Numbered from the stretch's first letter, positions 18,793-29,010 are shown. The stretch: 64,000 nucleotides of DNA from Nitrospiraceae bacterium (GCA_003599275.1 QZJG01000004.1:87-64086), one strand, 5' to 3'. Translations and numbers: made by a program. The notes: a model not told the origin generated them from the letters alone.

Positions 18793-20895
18793 GTGTTATG
18801 TATCCTTACGAATATAGAAAAAAGGACCACTGATAAATCCGTGTGCGCTCTTTACATAGACAGGTTGTCGTTTTATTCCCTGATAGCTGTCATTTCATCT
18901 GAGAAGGAATATTCCAGCTTTTTCTATTTCAATTCCGCCCCAGCTTCAGAAAGGTTTGCCTCGTTGCTTTTACGTCTAAGATTATTAAAATGCAGGCCGC
19001 AGCCTGCCGATTTTCAGCTCTCCGATATTCGTGACGAAAAAGGAGAATGCCAGTTCTTTAATATTGAAAATGACATTACCGCTCTTTGCAACCGTATAAC
19101 GGAGACCCGTCTTGCAACTGATCCGCTGATACGGGACATCGGAAGGCATTTCCCGCTTGAAAAAGTTTTGTGTTTCTGCGGGAAGACCGTTGAAAATGAA
19201 ATAAGAGAAACGATGATATTCATTAATGCCGCCAGGTGGCATGCATCTCATAAGCTTGCTTATAAGAACAGGCCGGTTTTTTACCTTCAAAAAGGTCTGT
19301 GGTTTGGGTATTTGTCTGAGTATGCCGCCTCAATCAATTTGGACCACAAGGGCTATAATGCGGTAAACTCCCTTTATACAAATTACTACTTGCCTAAGGT
19401 TATGGATAAAGTAGTTTCAAAAATAAGGTCCATTTTTAAAAGGATATTACCAGTCAGGAAGGCAGAAAAGGCTGGGGTAAGGGACAATCGGAGTAACACT
19501 GCGGCCGATAGCTTCCCCATGATAGCTCACTGGTATTCTAACAAGCTTATTGATTTTGATAAAAAAAAGAGGATTGATCTTATCTGGCTGCTGAACATTG
19601 ATATACCGCATGACCAGATATTGATCTGCTTTGACAGATACCGGGACAAGGAAACCGTTTCGTCAATAAGGGAATTTAAACTTAAGGGTCTGGTATTTAA
19701 TATTCCGGCAGATGATGAGGGGATATTGTCGCCATGGCGTCCTACTGAAAGATACAGTCAGTGCCTGAAGGAAAATATAAAGATAATAACGATGAACTGG
19801 CTCCGGAACTCAGGCAGGATTAATAATTTTACGTTATTTTATTTTTTCATCATGGGATATTTCATTGACAGATATTCATACTGGCATGATTTTTTTAAAA
19901 CAACCGGCATAAAGATAAAAATTGATCAGCAGGACATGGGTAGAGAGCATGTGCCGATGAATATGGCTCTTGAGAGAAATAAAGGCGTCAGCATAACTTA
20001 CCAGTGGTCAAACCATATGCACTTTCCGGTTTTATTAAGCAGATATACCGATATATTGTTTTCTTTCGGCCCTGCGTACGTAAATATATGGAAGGAGACC
20101 AGGATCCAATTAACAAACCTGATATACAGCGGCTACATAACAGACTATGCCTTTAATAATGTTAAAGAGGATGCGATGAGGCTGAGGGAAAAACTTCTTG
20201 GCAACGGCGCTGAATATATAATATGTTTTTTTGATGAGAATTCATCAAATGACAGGATGTCCGTTATAACCGATAATACGACAGCAAGCGTGCACAAGTT
20301 TTTTCTGGAAAAGCTGATTGAGGACAGTTCATTGGGGTTAATCCTCAAGCCAGGTTTCCCCAACACCTTCTACAAAAGGCTGTCTTCTGTTTCCGGTTTG
20401 ATCCAAAAAGCAAAAGCTACGGGCAGATGTATTATCATTGATAAGGGAGAGGCGTTAAAGACGGATATGTATCCGTCGGAGGCCGCTCAGGCTGCAGACA
20501 TAGCCGTAGGGCTCTTATTGAGCGGAACTGCCGCGCTGGAATCATATCTTTCAGGCGCCAGGACTGTTTTTCTTGATCTCGAGAAACTCTATTCAAACCC
20601 TGTTTATGAATGGGGTAAAGGCAAGATTGTTTTTGACAGTATGGATGATATCTTCACGGCAATCAGTCGATACCGTAATGACCCTGAGAGCATGCCTGAA
20701 TTCGGCGATCTTTCTGAATGGGCTAAAGACAAAGACCCTTTCAGGGACGGGAAAGCTTCATTAAGAATAGGTAATTACATAAACTGGCTATTTGATGCAT
20801 TTAAGGAAGGTAAAGGCAGGGATGAGGCCATGGCTTTCGCAAACAGCAAATACGCGGAAGACTGGGGCGCAGAGAATATTGTAAAATTTTCATGA
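18793..20895 (+). CDS. Large uncharacterised protein, C-terminal half GT-B-like (candidate nonulosonate or capsule-type transferase)
   Basis: 700-aa ORF with a GTG start and no TM segments. C-terminal pattern IICFFDENS...LILKPG...ADIAVGLLLSGTAALESYLSGARTVFLD looks like a GT-B donor-binding half. Function is not established. Confidence 0.6.
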   Translation: MLCILTNIEKRTTDKSVCALYIDRLSFYSLIAVISSEKEYSSFFYFNSAPASERFASLLLRLRLLKCRPQPADFQLSDIRDEKGECQFFNIENDITALCNRITETRLATDPLIRDIGRHFPLEKVLCFCGKTVENEIRETMIFINAARWHASHKLAYKNRPVFYLQKGLWFGYLSEYAASINLDHKGYNAVNSLYTNYYLPKVMDKVVSKIRSIFKRILPVRKAEKAGVRDNRSNTAADSFPMIAHWYSNKLIDFDKKKRIDLIWLLNIDIPHDQILICFDRYRDKETVSSIREFKLKGLVFNIPADDEGILSPWRPTERYSQCLKENIKIITMNWLRNSGRINNFTLFYFFIMGYFIDRYSYWHDFFKTTGIKIKIDQQDMGREHVPMNMALERNKGVSITYQWSNHMHFPVLLSRYTDILFSFGPAYVNIWKETRIQLTNLIYSGYITDYAFNNVKEDAMRLREKLLGNGAEYIICFFDENSSNDRMSVITDNTTASVHKFFLEKLIEDSSLGLILKPGFPNTFYKRLSSVSGLIQKAKATGRCIIIDKGEALKTDMYPSEAAQAADIAVGLLLSGTAALESYLSGARTVFLDLEKLYSNPVYEWGKGKIVFDSMDDIFTAISRYRNDPESMPEFGDLSEWAKDKDPFRDGKASLRIGNYINWLFDAFKEGKGRDEAMAFANSKYAEDWGAENIVKFS

Positions 20896-21797
20896 TCTTA
20901 AATTATGAACATATAGGATGCGATCTCTGCGGCTCTGCAAATTATAAGGTCAGGTACAGGAAACCGGATGTCGTACGCTGGATCAATCAGTTTGAGTTCC
21001 CCGTAGTGGAGTGCAGGGATTGCGGCCTGGTATATGTTAATCCCCGGCCGACCCCGGAATCAATGGCAGCCTATTATCCCAAAGGCTATCATTCCAATCG
21101 TGACAAGGAAAGGCACAGGCTGAGATATGAAGTTGAGGTTTCCCATCTTCCTCCTTTAAATAATGAAAGGGTTCTGGATATCGGTTGTGCTGAAGGTGAT
21201 TTCCTGATGCATTTAAAGGATAAGTTCTCCGGCATACAGGCATTCGGCTGTGACTATTATTCTGACAAGGTCAAATCACCGGACATTAAATTTTTCAATA
21301 AGGCCCTGAACGACTGCAATTTTGAGAATTCCTTCTTTGACGTTATAACCGCATGGGCGGTATTTGAACATCTGCATTACCCGGATAAGTACTTTGCGGA
21401 AGTCCACAGGATTCTCAAGAGCGGAGGAAGATTTATCTTCCAGGTAACCAATTCTGAAAGCTTATTCAGTAAGAAATGCTACAGTGAAGATATACCGAGG
21501 CATTTGTTTCACTTCAGTAAAAAAACACTCTCCTCTTACGCGGAAAAACACGGATTTAAATTCAGGAAGATTTTGTATGACAACAGTGTGTTTGACGGAA
21601 GGGGATACGGTGCCTTCCGTATTTTATTCTGGAAATTATTAAATATTACATGGGAGGATTTGTATTATAAAAATATTAATGTCTTTCAGCATGCAGTCCT
21701 GAAGTTTGGCTCTCTGATCGACAGAATAGTTTTTTTTACGGACTGGGAAAGAAGGCTCGGTATGTCCGGTATGATAATTGCTGAATTTCAAAAATAA
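20892..21797 (+). CDS. Class I SAM-dependent methyltransferase with N-terminal zinc ribbon
   Basis: CDLCGS...CRDCG (2x CxxC), VLDIGCAEGDF (SAM motif I), FDVITAWAVFEHL. Confidence 0.85.
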   Translation: MILNYEHIGCDLCGSANYKVRYRKPDVVRWINQFEFPVVECRDCGLVYVNPRPTPESMAAYYPKGYHSNRDKERHRLRYEVEVSHLPPLNNERVLDIGCAEGDFLMHLKDKFSGIQAFGCDYYSDKVKSPDIKFFNKALNDCNFENSFFDVITAWAVFEHLHYPDKYFAEVHRILKSGGRFIFQVTNSESLFSKKCYSEDIPRHLFHFSKKTLSSYAEKHGFKFRKILYDNSVFDGRGYGAFRILFWKLLNITWEDLYYKNINVFQHAVLKFGSLIDRIVFFTDWERRLGMSGMIIAEFQK

Positions 21798-21933
21798 TTT
21801 TATTGACTTGAACCTGACCTGGGACGGGTCGCAATAATTTAACAATACCTTACAGAGAGAGTTTCATATATCTTATGATCCTATGGCTTTCAAGACGTTC
21901 CTGAGTCATGCCTTCTGCTTCATAAGGCGCTAA

Positions 21934-23400
21934 ATGTTACTGACAGACAGGCAGATAAAAAATATTTTCATTTATATCCTGCCCAAATTCCTTGGTTACG
22001 GATTAAACCTCCTAACATTGCCGATACTCACAAGGATCTTGTCCCCCGATGACTTTGGAGTCATAGTACTGGCGCTTGTATTCCCCACTATTGCAGTTGC
22101 CGTTGTCACAGCAGGAATCCCGTTTTCCGTTCCAAGGTATTTTTTTGAATATCATAAGGATGAAACAGCGCTAAACAGACTTTATTTTTCAACACAGCTT
22201 TATCTTTTGATAATGTTTATTGCGTCAACAGCGACTGTTTACTTCGCCAAAGACTTTATTTCAGTGCTGATAACGGGCGCAACTGTTTACGGGATCGCCG
22301 TATTTATTTCCTACATAACTGCCTACCTCGGGCAAGTTAACCAGATTTACCTGAGAATTTATCAGAACATGGAGAAAGCCACGCTTCATTCAGTCTTCGT
22401 GATCTTGCAAATTGTGATAAGTATTGTTATGAGCCTTGGTCTGGTCCTGCATTACAAGATGTCTTATATGGGAATGATATACGGCTCCTTTGCCGGCGCC
22501 CTGATATCGAGCCTTGTCATGGCCTTTCATTTTAACAAAACCGTGAAGGCAGTATTCAGCCGAAAGATTCTTATTGAGAATATAAAATACGGCCTTCAGA
22601 TCGTGCCAAAATCTTTTGCCGGCTTCATAAACAGGTTTTTTGACAAATACATGCTAAATGCCATGCTGTCAATATCGGTAGTCGGTGTATACAGCATCGG
22701 CCAGACAATTACAAATGCCATTGATGTTTTAATGGGTAATGTATGGATGGCCTTCCGACCCGCCATATACAAGGAGGTATTTGATAAAGGCGATAAAGCA
22801 TCCGTAGGTGTCGGACGGCTTTTCTCAGTTTTTTCCTTTGTGACTCTTCTGCCGCTTTTACTGATAATCTTGTTTGCAGAAGAAGTGATTTATATAATAG
22901 CGCCCCCCGCCTATTACGGGGCCGTTAACATTATAGTGATCCTTGCTGCCGGGCTGACCACACAGACATTCGGCATAAGTGTGGGCGTACAGTATGAGTA
23001 CAGCAAAAAGCCATTTTTGATATTTCCGGTTACAGTAGTTTCCACTATTTTAAATGTGCTTTTAAATACCTTTCTAATACCGCGGTACGGCTTGGCGGGC
23101 GCGGGTTTTTCAGCCATGGCAAGCCTTTCGGCCATGAATTTCATCTTTACTTATATAGGGCAAAAACTCTACAGGATCCAATATGAATGGAAAACCGTCA
23201 TATCAATGTATGCGCTTATAGTCTCATCAATGCTGACGGTTTTATATTTCCGGGAGATGGGACACGGCCATCTTTATTTCTACACAGCAAAGTTGATTTA
23301 TATAGCTTTATTCCTTTTGGTGGGCATGAGGGCAAAGATAATAACAAGAGAATCGGTTGCAAAGGTATCCGGAATAATTTTCAAATCTTCCGTGGCATAA
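21934..23400 (+). CDS. Polysaccharide/oligosaccharide flippase (MOP superfamily, Wzx-like)
   Basis: 488 aa with ~12-14 predicted TM helices and a flippase-like N-terminus (IKNIFIYILPKFLGYGLNLLTLPILTRILSPDDFG). Confidence 0.85.
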   Translation: MLLTDRQIKNIFIYILPKFLGYGLNLLTLPILTRILSPDDFGVIVLALVFPTIAVAVVTAGIPFSVPRYFFEYHKDETALNRLYFSTQLYLLIMFIASTATVYFAKDFISVLITGATVYGIAVFISYITAYLGQVNQIYLRIYQNMEKATLHSVFVILQIVISIVMSLGLVLHYKMSYMGMIYGSFAGALISSLVMAFHFNKTVKAVFSRKILIENIKYGLQIVPKSFAGFINRFFDKYMLNAMLSISVVGVYSIGQTITNAIDVLMGNVWMAFRPAIYKEVFDKGDKASVGVGRLFSVFSFVTLLPLLLIILFAEEVIYIIAPPAYYGAVNIIVILAAGLTTQTFGISVGVQYEYSKKPFLIFPVTVVSTILNVLLNTFLIPRYGLAGAGFSAMASLSAMNFIFTYIGQKLYRIQYEWKTVISMYALIVSSMLTVLYFREMGHGHLYFYTAKLIYIALFLLVGMRAKIITRESVAKVSGIIFKSSVA

Positions 23401-23428
23401 TCCGTTAATTTATATTCAGCTCTGTTTA

Positions 23429-24637
23429 ATGAAGATAGCAATATCATCCACAGGAGGCACTCATCGCGCCAATGAACTCGCAAGCGAGCTTTATGCAAGA
23501 GGTTTGCTTGACACTCTATTCATACCCTTTTACAGTCATAAGCATCCATATCTTGCAAATTTATTCGGCAGGGCAGAGGATAAGCTGGATATAGCAATAG
23601 AGAAGATAAAGACAAATCTCTCTTTTTCACTTTTACGCAAGGCGAGAAGCCGTCTTGGCTTTGCATTTAAGAGCCCTCGGTCGTTTTTTTTGAGTGAATC
23701 TTTTGATAAATGGGTTGCAAGCGCGATTGCCGGAAAAAGCGGCAGTGATGCGAACATTGTAATGGCTGAAGGCATCGTTGCGCTTCATACCATAAGAAAG
23801 GCAAAGCAACTGGGCATGGTAACTATGCTCGATACTACGAATACGCACATACTGAATCAGAGCCGGATACTGGAAGAAGAATATGAAAGGCTTGGGATAA
23901 AATACAGCTTTAATCCGTCAAGCATTATTGAAAAGGGACTACGGGAATATGAGGAAGCTGATTATATTACGGTAAGGTCCTCATTTTCAGGCAGGACATT
24001 TTCAGAAAGAGGCATCCCTGATAAAAAGCTCTTTGTAGTGCCTTCGGGTATCAGTATGGAGAATTTCAGGCAGATAAAAAAAGACGATGATATCTTTAGG
24101 GTAATATATTGCGGTTTATCCTGCGTTAAGAAAGGAACTCACTATTTATTGCAGGCGTTTAAGGAATTAAGCCTGAAGAATGCGGAGCTCTGGCTTATAG
24201 GTAATGTCCTTGATGATATTAAGCCTTTGATGAATAAGTTTGAAGGATCCTCTAAATCAATCCCCTTTATTAAGAGAGAGGAGCTATATAAATATTATTC
24301 TCAGGGTTCTGTCTTTGTGATGCCGTCGCTCGAGGAGGGTTTAGCTAAAGTAATTATGGAGGCAATGGCATGCGGTCTGCCGGTAATAGCAACTGCCAAT
24401 ACAGGGGCAGAGGATATCTTCCAGGACAGCAGAGAAGGCTTTATAATATCGGCAGGGGATGTAGAAGCGTTAAAGGAGAAGATGTTGTATATGTATAATA
24501 ATCGGGATGTATGCAGAGAAATGGGGCAGGCCGCGAAGAAACATATTCAGACGGGTTTCACTATAGAGGCCTATGCTGAGAGAATGATTGATACCTTCAA
24601 CATCACATTAAATCAGAAAGGGAAGGTGAGAGCATAA
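23429..24637 (+). CDS. Glycosyltransferase family 4 (GT-B, Glycos_transf_1)
   Basis: VMPSLEEGLAKVIMEAMACGLPVIATANTGAEDI is the EX7E region. Confidence 0.85.
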   Translation: MKIAISSTGGTHRANELASELYARGLLDTLFIPFYSHKHPYLANLFGRAEDKLDIAIEKIKTNLSFSLLRKARSRLGFAFKSPRSFFLSESFDKWVASAIAGKSGSDANIVMAEGIVALHTIRKAKQLGMVTMLDTTNTHILNQSRILEEEYERLGIKYSFNPSSIIEKGLREYEEADYITVRSSFSGRTFSERGIPDKKLFVVPSGISMENFRQIKKDDDIFRVIYCGLSCVKKGTHYLLQAFKELSLKNAELWLIGNVLDDIKPLMNKFEGSSKSIPFIKREELYKYYSQGSVFVMPSLEEGLAKVIMEAMACGLPVIATANTGAEDIFQDSREGFIISAGDVEALKEKMLYMYNNRDVCREMGQAAKKHIQTGFTIEAYAERMIDTFNITLNQKGKVRA

Positions 24638-24641
24638 GGAT

Positions 24642-25571
24642 ATGATACCCAAAAGCAATGAGATCAGGTTTGAAGTATCAACGAGATGCAATTATAACTG
24701 CATTATCTGCCCCAGGGAAAAACTTATCAGAAAGAAAGAGACGATGGGCCTGAAGCTTTTCAAAGAGCTGTTCGACCGGATAAGAGCAGAAACTGGCCAG
24801 TATGATACATTGACATTCCCCGGCATGGGCGAGCCTCTTATGGACAGGTCCCTCGGCAAAAAGATCGAATATACCAAAAAGAAAAACTTTACCGTGCTGA
24901 TGCTGACTAATGCTTTTTTTCTCACGGTTGATAAGTTCAGGGAACTTGAAGCACACGGCCTTGACTCTATAAGGGTGAGCCTTTATGGAGACACACCCGA
25001 GTCTTATAAAAAGGTGCACAGGGTGCTTGCTGCCGGGACTTTCGAGAAGATAAAGAAGAACCTCACAAAGATCTCAAAGATAAAGAGATCAACACAGCTT
25101 CTTCTTACATATAATGTTGTTGAAGGGATCAATGATACTGAAACGCAGCAATGGATAGACTACTGGTCTGATAAGGCTGACCTGCTGGAAGTCTGGCGCC
25201 CGCATAACTGGGCCGGCGGCAGGGGCTACAGGAATGTGCAGGAAAAGAAGCTCAAGACATGCGGCCGCCCTTTCAATACTCCGCTTCAGATCCAAGTGGA
25301 CGGCACTGTGAATATGTGCTGTTTTGATTTTAACGGGGAACTGCTTCTCGGCGACCTCAGGACTCAGTCTCTTAAAGATATATTCAGATCCCCGATGTTC
25401 AAGAAGATAGTTAAAAGCCACACTTCGGGCAATTTCAAAAAGAGCTGCCTCATCTGCGAGGACTGCGACCAGAGGAACTCTGACAAGTCTGATGTGATGG
25501 TATATAACTCAAAGTTCGATATAAAGGAGAGAGTGAAGACCGTATCCACTACCTATCAGAACATAGTTTAG
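24642..25571 (+). CDS. Radical SAM protein with C-terminal SPASM/twitch-like Cys cluster
   Basis: STRCNYNCIICP (CxxxCxxC), GEPLM, and a C-terminal CGRP...MCCFD...CLICEDCDQ. Confidence 0.85.
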   Translation: MIPKSNEIRFEVSTRCNYNCIICPREKLIRKKETMGLKLFKELFDRIRAETGQYDTLTFPGMGEPLMDRSLGKKIEYTKKKNFTVLMLTNAFFLTVDKFRELEAHGLDSIRVSLYGDTPESYKKVHRVLAAGTFEKIKKNLTKISKIKRSTQLLLTYNVVEGINDTETQQWIDYWSDKADLLEVWRPHNWAGGRGYRNVQEKKLKTCGRPFNTPLQIQVDGTVNMCCFDFNGELLLGDLRTQSLKDIFRSPMFKKIVKSHTSGNFKKSCLICEDCDQRNSDKSDVMVYNSKFDIKERVKTVSTTYQNIV

Positions 25572-25579
25572 CAGTGACA

Positions 25580-25619
25580 GGAGGGCAGGTTTAATAAACC
25601 TGCCCTCCCTTATTATTCG
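25580..25619 (+). terminator. Rho-independent terminator
   Basis: Perfect 13-bp stem GGAGGGCAGGTTT / AAACCTGCCCTCC (25580-25592 / 25596-25608) with an AAT loop, followed by the T-rich CTTATTATT. It starts 9 nt after the stop of the radical SAM/SPASM gene. Confidence 0.7.
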
Positions 25620-25634
25620 ACTCAACAATATTTT

Positions 25635-26615
25635 ATGTTATCAAACATATTGAAGGTCATCCTGGGGCATTTCATAATAATACTTATCTATTATCCGTGG
25701 CGCCTTGCTGAAAAGATCAGCCGGATAAATTTAGGTGCATCAGGCAGATCGCATTATCACATCATGAAAGTCTTCAGGGCGTTATTTAATTCATACTTTG
25801 TCGATATAAGCTACAGGAACAGGATATCAAAGACCGACCTTGCTTTAAAACTCAGATTGGATCTCTGCCAGAACAACCAGCAGTGGTTTTTCCGCTTGAG
25901 AGGTGGATACGAAGAGGAATGGCTGAGGTTGATTTCCGCAGGACTTGAAAGCTCGGAGGGCTTTCTGGACATAGGTTCAAATATCGGAGTCTATGCCCTT
26001 ACTATGGCCCAAGCCTATCCGGAGAAGAAGGTCACAGCCATAGAGCCTTTAAGAGACAACTACGATTTACTCAGACATAATGTGTCACTGAATTCATTGA
26101 CCAATGTCACGGCAATTAATGCGGCGGTCTCAAGCCAAAAAAGCCACAAAATTAAATTTTTCCCTAACCCGATACATGACGGAGGCGGGTCAATAATTGA
26201 AAGCACTTCCTATCGGACCGGTGATGTAATCATTAATGCAGGGCAATACATAGCCGGTGACAAGGATTTTATCAGTGAAGTAAGCGTTGATAACGTCAGT
26301 ATTGACGGCCTTATAGAATCAAAGAGTGTTATAAAGATTGATGTTGAGGGCGCCGAGGCTTCTGTTATCGAGTCAGGCATAAATGTTTTCAAGAAAGGGC
26401 TGGTTGATGTCATGGTCGTTGAGGTGCTTCACGAAACAATTGACAAGGTTGTGGCCCTCGCCGATGAATTCGGCTTTGACAGTTTTGCAAAAGGCTCTGA
26501 CATTCCCATTAATGTTGGAGCCAGGCTGGATCATTTTGTCGGCAATATCGCATGCCTGAGGAGAGCGTCACTCGATTATGATAATTACAGAAAAAGAATT
26601 GCACTGCTGCGATGA
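25635..26615 (+). CDS. FkbM family methyltransferase
   Basis: FLDIGSNIGVYALTMA and KIDVEGAE are signatures of the FkbM methyltransferase family. Confidence 0.8.
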   Translation: MLSNILKVILGHFIIILIYYPWRLAEKISRINLGASGRSHYHIMKVFRALFNSYFVDISYRNRISKTDLALKLRLDLCQNNQQWFFRLRGGYEEEWLRLISAGLESSEGFLDIGSNIGVYALTMAQAYPEKKVTAIEPLRDNYDLLRHNVSLNSLTNVTAINAAVSSQKSHKIKFFPNPIHDGGGSIIESTSYRTGDVIINAGQYIAGDKDFISEVSVDNVSIDGLIESKSVIKIDVEGAEASVIESGINVFKKGLVDVMVVEVLHETIDKVVALADEFGFDSFAKGSDIPINVGARLDHFVGNIACLRRASLDYDNYRKRIALLR

Positions 26616-28024
26616 GTGATTTTTCCTTTGAATTATTGTCAGCAAGGTTTATTGCCGCGGCTATACGTTCAGCGCCCGAAAAGCTGGTATCCCCTATCTT
26701 TGCCTCTCCGTTGAGCGCGCGCAGTCCTGACCTCTGCATATTGTGGCATCCGGGCTACAGAAAAAAACATGGCCTTAGGCTTTTTGTAGAATCTACGGCC
26801 TCACTGGTTGAGGCTTTTTTAAGGGGCCTTGTTAAATTGCTGATACACCCGACATCATTTGGCTATGCTCTCTATGGAGCAATAAGGGAGTCAATTTTAG
26901 TTATACCACCTATGTGCGGTTCGGAAGCTCCTGACGGTAAATATAAAACACCATATATTGAAACTGATAAAAATGATGCGTTATTTGTCTTCGGGCTGAA
27001 AAGGGACTTTGGGAAAAAGCCGAAAGATGTTGATGAATTGCCAATTACAGAGAAGGCAGCTTTAATGTTTATTTTGATGAAGCTCGGGATGTCAGCGTTA
27101 CTGAAAATTAAGGGGGGGAGGCTTGAAAAGGGCCTGCTTTTACTGAAATGGTTTTCATGGGTACTGGGCCTTCAATGGCTTCATGATTATTATCTTGAAG
27201 ATACATTATCAAAAATTGTTGTGACTTATGATATAAAAAAGATCGGCTGCATACACGAGATGCATTTTTACGCAAGGGTCGTCTGGAGGGTGGCGGCAAG
27301 ATATAATTGTAAAGGGTACACGATACAGCATGCGGCTTTCAGCCCGGGCAAGAGATGGTATTTTTGTTTCCCGGAAGAGCTTGAAAGCGGGCTGAAACTT
27401 CCCGATGTAATGTACGTTTACAGTAATAGGGTCTCTGACCTCCTGAAACAGTATTATAAGAACACCGCTTTTTATTCAGGCTGCAGCACACGCTACTCGC
27501 ACTGGAAAGAGATTGCAGGGAGCGACAAAAGGGGCGGATATTTTCTCTTTGTGGGTGCGCTTGCCAGGTTTGACAATGATGTGCTGATCTCTGTGCTTCG
27601 GAAGCTTGCCGATACTCTTCATGAAAATGTACTGCTGAGATTAAGGCTGCATCCCTTTGCGGACCTGAGCAGAGGCTCAGAGAGATGGATAAACTCAGGA
27701 CAGAGGAAAGGTGTTATAAGCTTATCAAAAAGCACATCATTGAAGGACGACATAAAGAATGCTTCAGCCGTAATCGGTATGAGCACAACTGTTTTGGAAG
27801 AGGCGCTTATCATGGGCCGGCCCGTGATACAGATAACCCATCCCGACTACCTTGAGTACATTGATATTGACGGGATCGCCGGGGTACAAAAACTGGGTCA
27901 CATGGACGTGACTTTAAAGACACTTGAAGACGCTGCCGGCTCGACGGTTGATGTTGACAAGATGAGAAGCAGGCTTGGCCTTAACAACCCGGTCATTACC
28001 TATAAAAGATTGTTTGAGAAATGA
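26612..28024 (+). CDS. Uncharacterised protein, GT-B-like C-terminal half (candidate surface-carbohydrate transferase)
   Basis: 470 aa with ATGA overlaps at both ends. YFLFVGALARFD...LRLRLHP...ASAVIGMSTTVLEEALIMGRPVIQI resembles a GT-B C-domain. Function unknown. Confidence 0.6.
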   Translation: MSDFSFELLSARFIAAAIRSAPEKLVSPIFASPLSARSPDLCILWHPGYRKKHGLRLFVESTASLVEAFLRGLVKLLIHPTSFGYALYGAIRESILVIPPMCGSEAPDGKYKTPYIETDKNDALFVFGLKRDFGKKPKDVDELPITEKAALMFILMKLGMSALLKIKGGRLEKGLLLLKWFSWVLGLQWLHDYYLEDTLSKIVVTYDIKKIGCIHEMHFYARVVWRVAARYNCKGYTIQHAAFSPGKRWYFCFPEELESGLKLPDVMYVYSNRVSDLLKQYYKNTAFYSGCSTRYSHWKEIAGSDKRGGYFLFVGALARFDNDVLISVLRKLADTLHENVLLRLRLHPFADLSRGSERWINSGQRKGVISLSKSTSLKDDIKNASAVIGMSTTVLEEALIMGRPVIQITHPDYLEYIDIDGIAGVQKLGHMDVTLKTLEDAAGSTVDVDKMRSRLGLNNPVITYKRLFEK

Positions 28025-29010
28025 AGATGTTAAGAGAAGATGAACAGCCAGATAATGGGTTAAGCAGAACATCTCCTTCCGTCAGTATCATTGTGAACTG
28101 TTTAAACGGGGAGCAATACCTGAGGGAGGCTTTAGACAGTATTTTTTCCCAGACATTTAAAGATTGGGAGGTCATTTTCTGGGAGGATAAAGACTCGACA
28201 GACAAAAGCGGGGAGATAGCCAAAAGCTACGGGGGCAAATTAAGGCATTTTAAGGCCAAAGAGAAGCTGCCTTTATATGGTGCAAGAAATCAAGCCATAA
28301 CCAAGGCAAAAGGCAGGTATATAGCGGTCCTTGACTGTGATGATATATGGATGCCGACAAAACTTGAGGAACAGATCCCTCTTTTTGAAGCAGATAAAGA
28401 AGTCGGACTGGTCTACAGCAACTGTATCCTCTTTAACGGGCGGGGCAGGGAAAAGCGGTTCTTTGATGTTGTAAGGCCGGAGAGGGGACGTGTATTTGAA
28501 AAGCTGCTTTTCAGTAATTTTATTAATACCCAGACCGTTGTAATAAGAAGGGACGTTTTAGATGGCATTGGCCTCTTTGACGGGCGACTGCACATGTCCG
28601 GTGATTATGACGCTTATCTCAGAATAGGCTTTAAATGGAAATTAGATTATGTAAATAAGCCGTTGGCAAGGTACAGGGTGCACAGCAGCAGCATGACATT
28701 GACAGACGGCAGGAGATTACTGGCCCGCGAGATCGGCCTCACTATTAAGAACCTGAGAGTGACTGTCCCTGAAATTGATACCAGATACGCTGACGGCATT
28801 AAGTTCCTTGCAAGGCGAAAGGATATCCAGACATCCCTCATGAGCTGGGAGGCTGGTGACAGAAAAAGCGCCCGTCACATGATCAGGCAGTTTATCTTTG
28901 ACAGCATTTACTGTTCAATTTTATATTTTCTGATGTTCTTTTCTTATCGCATCGTCTTTAAACCTCTTCACAGGCTCTATCAGAAGAACCCGGTGTCGGA
29001 TCTGGACTGA
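28021..29010 (+). CDS. Glycosyltransferase family 2 (GT-A)
   Basis: VSIIVNCLNGEQYLREALDSIFSQTFKDWEVIFWEDKDSTD, ARNQAI and LDCDDIW (DxD). Confidence 0.88.
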   Translation: MKMLREDEQPDNGLSRTSPSVSIIVNCLNGEQYLREALDSIFSQTFKDWEVIFWEDKDSTDKSGEIAKSYGGKLRHFKAKEKLPLYGARNQAITKAKGRYIAVLDCDDIWMPTKLEEQIPLFEADKEVGLVYSNCILFNGRGREKRFFDVVRPERGRVFEKLLFSNFINTQTVVIRRDVLDGIGLFDGRLHMSGDYDAYLRIGFKWKLDYVNKPLARYRVHSSSMTLTDGRRLLAREIGLTIKNLRVTVPEIDTRYADGIKFLARRKDIQTSLMSWEAGDRKSARHMIRQFIFDSIYCSILYFLMFFSYRIVFKPLHRLYQKNPVSDLD

